From the NCBI GenBank assembly GCA_965207575.1, contig OZ242288.1, positions 2,941,467 to 3,005,466 on the forward strand: DNA of 64,000 nt, read 5' to 3'. Below, piece after piece: positions 58,598 to 64,000 of this stretch. The first letter of the stretch is position 1, and every line of letters begins with the position of its first letter. Made by a program: the position numbers and the translations under genes. Source of the DNA: an uncultured Candidatus Binatia bacterium. Lineage in GTDB: Bacteria; Desulfobacterota; Binatia; Bin18. Under the pieces are notes generated by a model that saw only the letters and a list, made by a program, of their open reading frames with translations, was not told the origin of the DNA and ran no database searches.

Positions 58598-59659
58598 ATG
58601 CGTTTCGGCACCTATTATTTTCTTCAGGCTCCCCCAGGTAGCTCGCACGAAGAGGTTATTCACCGGGAGTTTGCGCAGATTCTGCTCAGCGAAGAACTCG
58701 GCTACGACAGTGTCTGGCTGACTGAGCACCACTTTATTGAGTATGGCATTTCAACCAGCCCCATGGCGCTGGCCGCGGCGATTGCCGCTCGGACCGAACG
58801 GCTCGCCATTGGGCTGGCCGCGGTGATCCTGCCCTTTCATGATCCCATTCGTCTGGCCGAAGAAATTGCCTTTGTCGATATTCTCAGCCGGGGGCGGCTG
58901 CGCGTTGGAATCGGACGAGGGAATCGTCCGGTAGAGTTTGTTGGCTACCGGGTCCCGCAGATAGAAAGTCGAGAGCGCTTCGGCGAGACCGTAGACATCA
59001 TGCTCCAGGCCTGGACGCAGGAGCGAGTCTCGTACCACGGGAAGTTCTTCAGCATTGAAGACATTCCGGTTATTCCCAAGCCTCACCAGAAACCGCATCC
59101 CCCACTATCGCTCGTCTGCGTCAGTCCCGAGACCATGCGGATGGCGGCCCAGCGTGGCTGGTCCATGTTGAATTCCATCCTGTTCGGCCCGTTCAGCCAG
59201 ATCGAGCAGAATCGGGACATCTATACTGCCGCCCTGAGTGAAGCCGGACACTCCGAGGCCGCCATACGGACAGCGCTCCAGTCGTGGGGAGTGTCGCGCC
59301 ATATCTATGTCGCGCCAACCGACGCGCAGGCCCTGCGCGAGGCCCAAGAGGCGGAGCTGTGGTATCAACAATCCCTGGCCCGCTTTCTCGTTCCCGAGCA
59401 TATCGAGGCCGCTCCCCCTGCCCTGCAACCACAGTTTCGTGCTCTGTCCGAGCGTTTGGCCACCATCACCTGGGAGCAGCTTGTGGCAGAGACCGTGCTG
59501 TTTGGCTCGCCCGAGCGGATTGTGGACCGGGTACGTGAAATGGAAGCGGCCGGGGTGGGAGAACTGCTGTGCTGGATGAATTTCGGGGGGCTGCCGCAGG
59601 ACCGGGTTGAACGCTCGATGCGTCTGTTTGCGGAGAAAGTCATGCCCCATTTTCGGTAG
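58598..59659 (+). CDS. Luciferase-like (LLM) flavin-dependent oxidoreductase
   Basis: MRFGTYYFLQAPPGSSHEEVIHREFAQILLSEELGYDSVWLTEHHF... LLM family. Confidence 0.8.
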   Translation: MRFGTYYFLQAPPGSSHEEVIHREFAQILLSEELGYDSVWLTEHHFIEYGISTSPMALAAAIAARTERLAIGLAAVILPFHDPIRLAEEIAFVDILSRGRLRVGIGRGNRPVEFVGYRVPQIESRERFGETVDIMLQAWTQERVSYHGKFFSIEDIPVIPKPHQKPHPPLSLVCVSPETMRMAAQRGWSMLNSILFGPFSQIEQNRDIYTAALSEAGHSEAAIRTALQSWGVSRHIYVAPTDAQALREAQEAELWYQQSLARFLVPEHIEAAPPALQPQFRALSERLATITWEQLVAETVLFGSPERIVDRVREMEAAGVGELLCWMNFGGLPQDRVERSMRLFAEKVMPHFR

Positions 59660-59831
59660 CCGGCGCAACCTGGCGAAAAATTCTGGCACGCGCCCTTGCC
59701 TTCCTCTTCTCAGGTTCAGTAGAAGGAAATGAACAGGAGTACTCAATAAAGGAGGAGCAGACCAAGAGGCGTCACGCGACCGTATATACCACACGATAAA
59801 GCAGTCTCAACGCTCGGACTAAGGAGGGTCT

Positions 59832-60740
59832 ATGGGCAAGGTACAGATGCCGGACGGCAAAAAAATGGCCTGCTGTTTTTGTTTCGATATCGATGCCATG
59901 GCTTTGTGGCTGGGGTTTTTCCGCTCTCCGACCGCCAACCCCCTTTCACGCGGAGAATTCGGCCCTCGGGTGGCCATGCCGCGTATCCTGGACATCCTCG
60001 ATAAATATTCCATCAAAGCGACCTTCTTTACTCCCGGTCATAGTGCCAAACTTTTTCGAGAGGTCGTGCAGGAGGCACATCGCCGGGGCCATGAAATCGC
60101 GGCCCATAGCATGTACCACCAACCTTCCGAGGTCGGTCTGGCCATGAGTGGGGTCGAGCCGGCCTCGCCGGACGAGCAACGCGTCTATCTCGAACAGCAG
60201 ATTGAGCTGTTGGAGAAAACCGTGGGCGAACGGCCCATCGGATTCCGCTCGCCCATTGGCGACTGGTTGGGCGAGCATGTACCGCAGCATCTGATCGACC
60301 TGGGTTTTGTCTATGACAGCAGTTTGCAGGGCCATGACTTTTTGCCCTATCGACTGCGGATTGGCGATACGATCCAGACCGAGGAGCCCTTTGAGGTCAC
60401 CTGGGGGCAGCCCTCGGAACTGCTTGAGATTCCCCTGCACTGGGATACCAATGACTTCGCCCAGTTTGAATTCATGGGGTATTATCTCGATCCCAAAAAC
60501 CCCTGGTTCAACCCGGCCCCTTTCCACACCCCTTCCCAGTCGAAGGAAATTTTTACGTCGAGTTTCGACTATTGTTACGAACACGTCCCGGGTGGCATAT
60601 GGAATACGATCCTTCACCCGCAGTGCTGCGGGCGGGATTTTAAGCCGGCGTGGCTGGAGAGCGTGATCCAGCACGTCTACGCCAAGCCCGGGATTTGGTT
60701 CACAACCATGCGCGAGGCCGCCGCGGCCTGGGAGGATTAA
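59832..60740 (+). CDS. Cytoplasmic polysaccharide-deacetylase (NodB/CE4) family protein
   Basis: NodB motifs (FCFDIDAM..., HSMYHQ); no signal peptide. Confidence 0.65.
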   Translation: MGKVQMPDGKKMACCFCFDIDAMALWLGFFRSPTANPLSRGEFGPRVAMPRILDILDKYSIKATFFTPGHSAKLFREVVQEAHRRGHEIAAHSMYHQPSEVGLAMSGVEPASPDEQRVYLEQQIELLEKTVGERPIGFRSPIGDWLGEHVPQHLIDLGFVYDSSLQGHDFLPYRLRIGDTIQTEEPFEVTWGQPSELLEIPLHWDTNDFAQFEFMGYYLDPKNPWFNPAPFHTPSQSKEIFTSSFDYCYEHVPGGIWNTILHPQCCGRDFKPAWLESVIQHVYAKPGIWFTTMREAAAAWED

Positions 60741-60773
60741 CGGATTAGGCGATTAAAGCAGCCCTCACCCTAA

Positions 60774-60794
60774 CCCTCTCCCAGGGGGAGAGGG
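60774..60794. promoter_or_regulatory. Perfect hairpin CCCTCTCCC-AGG-GGGAGAGGG immediately 5' of the dppA ribosome-binding site
   Basis: 9-bp perfect inverted repeat; same family as 19837-19857 and 21538-21564. Confidence 0.45.
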
Positions 60795-60811
60795 AAACAA
60801 GAGGAGGTCAT

Positions 60812-61801
60812 ATGCGAATCTTCATATCGGTGGATATGGAAGGCATCTCCGGAGTGGAAACCGTGGAGGAGGTCTTTCAGGGCTTACCGGGCTATAAAAC
60901 TTTTCGACAGATCATGGCCGGAGACGTGAACGCCGCCGTGCAGGGGGCGATTGAGGGGGGGGCGACCGACATAGTGGTCTCGGATTCGCACGGTTATATG
61001 TGCAATATCCGACCCAAGGATGTCCATCGTAAGGCCACCCTGAAGTCCGGGATGAAGCGCAATCTCTGCCAGTTCAAAGGCTTTAACCCCGGCTTTGATG
61101 GGGCCCTGTTTATTGGCTATCACTCCAAAGCCGGGACGCCGAACGGCATCCTCAGTCACACCTGGATTCCGGCCTTTCAGGATGTGCGGATAAACGGCCT
61201 GTCGGTTGGGGAGTATGGGCTGAACGGCTTTCTGGTCAGCAGCTTCGGCGTGCCCATTCTGATGCTGTCCGGCGACGATAAAACCATTGAGCAGGCCCGT
61301 CCGCTGCTCGGTGATATCGAATATGTCGAGGTCAAAAAATCGCTCGGCTATTTTAAGGGCCTGCATCTTCCCCTGAGCGAGAGCCACGCCCGCATTCGTG
61401 AGGGCGCGCGACGCGCCCTGCAACGGTTCGCCAAACGGAAACCGCCCATCCTGGATATTGCCTTACCGGTCACGGTCGAGCTTGATCTGTGCCACGAGGC
61501 AAATGATTTGGTGACCGACATGGAGCAGGAGAATCAACGCTTTGTCGACGATGATACCCAGCGGTCGCTGAGCGACGCCGATCTGATCACCCACTACGCC
61601 CCGGTCGAACGCCGCGGGGCGGAGACGGTCGCCTATGTGTGTAACCGCTATGTCGATGCCTATAACACCTTGTTTACCCTGATGTCGTATTTTTACGAAC
61701 GCGATATTGAATGGCTGGTCGAAGAAGTTGCCAAACCGGAGGAGTACCGGCGCAACCTGCAACCCCTCATCGCCGACAGTCCGCTGAATTTCATGCAATG
61801 A
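60812..61801 (+). CDS. dppA: M55-family D-aminopeptidase (DppA-like)
   Basis: MRIFISVDMEGISGV... N-terminus characteristic of the D-aminopeptidase DppA family. Confidence 0.7.
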   Translation: MRIFISVDMEGISGVETVEEVFQGLPGYKTFRQIMAGDVNAAVQGAIEGGATDIVVSDSHGYMCNIRPKDVHRKATLKSGMKRNLCQFKGFNPGFDGALFIGYHSKAGTPNGILSHTWIPAFQDVRINGLSVGEYGLNGFLVSSFGVPILMLSGDDKTIEQARPLLGDIEYVEVKKSLGYFKGLHLPLSESHARIREGARRALQRFAKRKPPILDIALPVTVELDLCHEANDLVTDMEQENQRFVDDDTQRSLSDADLITHYAPVERRGAETVAYVCNRYVDAYNTLFTLMSYFYERDIEWLVEEVAKPEEYRRNLQPLIADSPLNFMQ

Positions 61802-62043
61802 GATAGATATTTCTCCCGGATATGCTCTTTGTATGAGTCGGTATTCATCCAGTGTCCTTTCAGTACCCCGACAAGCGAAGCCGTAAGGGGAGGGAGTTTC
61901 TTTGCGGCTTGCTGGTCGGGCGTGCTGAGAGAATCAAAGAAATCGCCAACCATTTCAGAAACCGATTTGCCCCGGCGATCTGCCTCAAATTTTCCTTTTT
62001 CGACGAAGCTTTCATCCATGCGTAAGGTGAGCTTTGTGTTCAT
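61693..62043 (-). CDS. Small conserved hypothetical protein (RHH-like N-terminus); 3' end uncertain
   Basis: MNTKLTLRMDESFVEKGKFEADRRGKSVSEMV... resembles a small antitoxin-like family. The ORF reads 109 bp into the convergent dppA 3' end, so the functional protein is probably shorter or the gene is decaying. Confidence 0.3.
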   Translation of the reverse strand: MNTKLTLRMDESFVEKGKFEADRRGKSVSEMVGDFFDSLSTPDQQAAKKLPPLTASLVGVLKGHWMNTDSYKEHIREKYLSHCMKFSGLSAMRGCRLRRYSSGLATSSTSHSISRS

Positions 62044-62084
62044 GACCTATATCTATTCTGACACATACGTCACGTCAAACTTCC

Positions 62085-62246
62085 GTTTGCAGCCGTCCGT
62101 CATTCCGGCGAAAGCAGGAATCCAGGCTTCCAGCCCCCCGTTCGTCCTGAGCGTAGCAAAGCGAAGTCGAAGGACTGGATGCCGGATCACGTCCGGCATG
62201 ACGCGAGCATCCCGGAACGGCTAGAGCCTATCGTGAAACGCGCTAG
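62085..62246 (+). repeat. MITE-like structured repeat, copy E (5' TIR degenerate)
   Basis: GCAGCCGTCCGTCATTCCGGCGAAAGCAGGAATCCAGG ... GGATGCCGGATCACGTCCGGCATGACG ... TATCGTGAAACGCGCTAG. Confidence 0.5.
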
Positions 62247-62336
62247 GGTTTTCAAACTTGACACCCTGCGCCGGTAAGCCGTATACACTTCCAAAGCGCC
62301 GTTATCCTGAACACCAAACCGAACGGGTAGGCGATT

Positions 62337-63263
62337 ATGTGTGGCATCGTTGGATTTTTAGACAAAAGCGGCAACCGCCAGGCCGCAGTCGGGCAAACCC
62401 TGCTCGACATGTTGTCGGCTCTTGACCGCCGTGGCCCGGATTCGAGCGGAGTTGCCGTGTATGCCGACCGTGGCGCGGACGCTTGCGTTCTACGCATCAA
62501 GCTGGGCGAGCACGGGCCGTTCGAGACCCTCGCCGACCAGGTCGTCGAGCAGGTCAAAAGCCTCGTTTCGGTGTCTGCGGTAGACGTCCAGGGCCCGTCT
62601 CTGCGTCTCGTCGCTACGCCTCCGGAAAACCCGGAATCTCTGGAACGGGCCATTGAAGCGGCGGGCAGCAGCGTCGAAGTCGTCAGCCTGGGCAGCCGCC
62701 TTGAGTTGGTCAAACAGGTTGGTTCTCCGGCAAATCTTGAGGCCACGTATGCGGTCTCGTCCTATGTTGGCACGCATGGCATCGGCCATACCCGCATGTC
62801 TACCGAGAGTCGCGTTGACCTCAGCCATTCTCAGCCCTTTTGGGCGCATGGCCGCGCCGACGTTGCCGTCGTCCATAACGGGCATATCACCAACTACCAC
62901 AAGATGCGGCGCATCTATGAGCAACAGGGACATCGTTTTTACACCGGGAACGACTCGGAAATTATCGGCCTGTATCTCGCCGACCGCATGGCGCAGGGTG
63001 TCAGCTTTGCAGATGCGCTCCAGACCTCGCTGATCGACTTTGACGGGGCGTTCAGCTATCTGGCCGCCACCGCGGACAGTCTGGGCTATGTCAAAGACCC
63101 GTTTGCCTTCAAACCCCTGGTGGTGACCGACACGCCGGCCTATGTTGCCATTGCCACCGAAGAACAGGCTCTGCGCTCCGCCCTGGGCGATGACTTCCCG
63201 GTGTGGGAACCGGGGGTGAATACCGTCATGACCTGGACGGTCGAGAATGGAGTCGGTTCGTAA
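62337..63263 (+). CDS. Class-II (Ntn) glutamine amidotransferase domain protein (split glutamate-synthase / N-methylglutamate-synthase subunit A type)
   Basis: MCGIVGF N-terminal nucleophile Cys. Confidence 0.7.
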   Translation: MCGIVGFLDKSGNRQAAVGQTLLDMLSALDRRGPDSSGVAVYADRGADACVLRIKLGEHGPFETLADQVVEQVKSLVSVSAVDVQGPSLRLVATPPENPESLERAIEAAGSSVEVVSLGSRLELVKQVGSPANLEATYAVSSYVGTHGIGHTRMSTESRVDLSHSQPFWAHGRADVAVVHNGHITNYHKMRRIYEQQGHRFYTGNDSEIIGLYLADRMAQGVSFADALQTSLIDFDGAFSYLAATADSLGYVKDPFAFKPLVVTDTPAYVAIATEEQALRSALGDDFPVWEPGVNTVMTWTVENGVGS

Positions 63264-63272
63264 GGACGTAGC

Positions 63273-63962
63273 GTGAAAGACATCGACTGTACGGACAAAA
63301 CCTCCCGGGTCATTAATCAGGAAATCCGCCACCACATCCAGGCTGGCGAAACCGAGATAGGCGTCCATCATCCCCAGGCACGCCATAATATCGGCGTTGC
63401 GGTTCTCCAGCCGGTCAGCCTGACCATGACCGGAAGCGTCGGCTATTACTGTGGCGGGCTTATTGACGGGCCGCGGATTGAGGTGCAGGGAAGTTGCGGC
63501 TGGGGCTTGGCGGAAAGCATGCTGAGCGGCACGGTCATCGTGAACCAGAACGCGGGCAATAGCGCGGCGGCATCCATTCGAGGCGGAACGGTCGTGGTCC
63601 GGGGGAGTGCCAGTTCACGCGCCGGTATTGCCATGAAGGGCGGGATGCTCATTGTTCAGGGCAATAGTGGTTATATGACCGGTTTCATGATGCAGAAAGG
63701 CACCATCATTGTCTGCGGCGATACGGCCGAAGCGCTGGGTGACTCCATGTATGAGGGACGTATCTTCGTGGGTGGCCGTATCTCGGACCTGGGCAACGAT
63801 GCGGTCATCGAGGAGGTGACGGACCAGGACCGGACCTTTCTGACAACCACCTTGGCCGAATACGATATTGAAGCGCCGGCCTCCTTTCAAAAGATCGTCT
63901 CCGGCAGACGCTTATGGCAGTTTGACAAAAAAGACTTTGACACTTGGCGGGAGGCCCTGTGA
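63273..63962 (+). CDS. GXGXG-domain protein (glutamate-synthase C-terminal domain / N-methylglutamate-synthase subunit B type)
   Basis: Repeated G-x-G-x-G beta-helix motifs. A further gene starts at the GTG at 63959, running off the window. Confidence 0.7.
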   Translation: MKDIDCTDKTSRVINQEIRHHIQAGETEIGVHHPQARHNIGVAVLQPVSLTMTGSVGYYCGGLIDGPRIEVQGSCGWGLAESMLSGTVIVNQNAGNSAAASIRGGTVVVRGSASSRAGIAMKGGMLIVQGNSGYMTGFMMQKGTIIVCGDTAEALGDSMYEGRIFVGGRISDLGNDAVIEEVTDQDRTFLTTTLAEYDIEAPASFQKIVSGRRLWQFDKKDFDTWREAL

Positions 63963-64000
63963 GTGAGCAAAGAACGAGCGAGCGTCCGGTTGTCCGACAC

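Overview
This is a high-GC bacterial window with strong AGGAGG-type ribosome-binding sites. It looks like an accessory catabolic island rather than core genome.

The centre is a long cyclic-amide / hydantoin / D-amino-acid utilisation gene set. It holds three paralogous ATP-dependent hydantoinase/oxoprolinase pairs (hyuA/hyuB), an M20 N-carbamoyl-amino-acid amidohydrolase (hyuC), a hydantoin racemase (hyuE) and two D-aminoacylases. Around these are two family-III CoA-transferases, RidA, a VOC protein, a SAM methyltransferase, a TetR regulator, a CodA-like amidohydrolase with an amidase, an M55 D-aminopeptidase and luciferase-like monooxygenases.

The most unusual gene is a selenophosphate synthetase (SelD, Cys-type) fused to an N-terminal flavoprotein disulfide-reductase / type-II NADH dehydrogenase-like domain. 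It sits at the 3' end of one hyuAB operon.

The island is heavily decorated with type II toxin-antitoxin modules and small conserved-DUF modules: two VapBC pairs, HicAB, HigBA, an orphan Phd with a truncated toxin, the DUF6883/DUF4926 pair embedded in the hyu operon, and a stand-alone DUF2283.

Mobile and repetitive content is also prominent. There is an IS5/IS427-group insertion sequence (programmed-frameshift transposase) disrupting an NCS2 permease, and a MITE-like repeat family with at least five copies. Three recurring hairpin families occur: a 56-nt perfect G-rich palindrome with a G-quadruplex motif, GTCGGATTA-N-TAATCCGAC hairpins after both aminoacylase paralogs, and CCCTCTCCC-N3-GGGAGAGGG hairpins ahead of ribosome-binding sites. 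Several recent duplications are visible: tandem periplasmic binding-protein genes, tandem approximately 2.9-kb secreted S8 protease genes with beta-gamma-crystallin-like repeats, and 150-bp direct repeats flanking an MMPL transporter.

No rRNA, tRNA or CRISPR array was seen. Functional assignments rest on protein-motif recognition from the translations. Homology searches were not possible.
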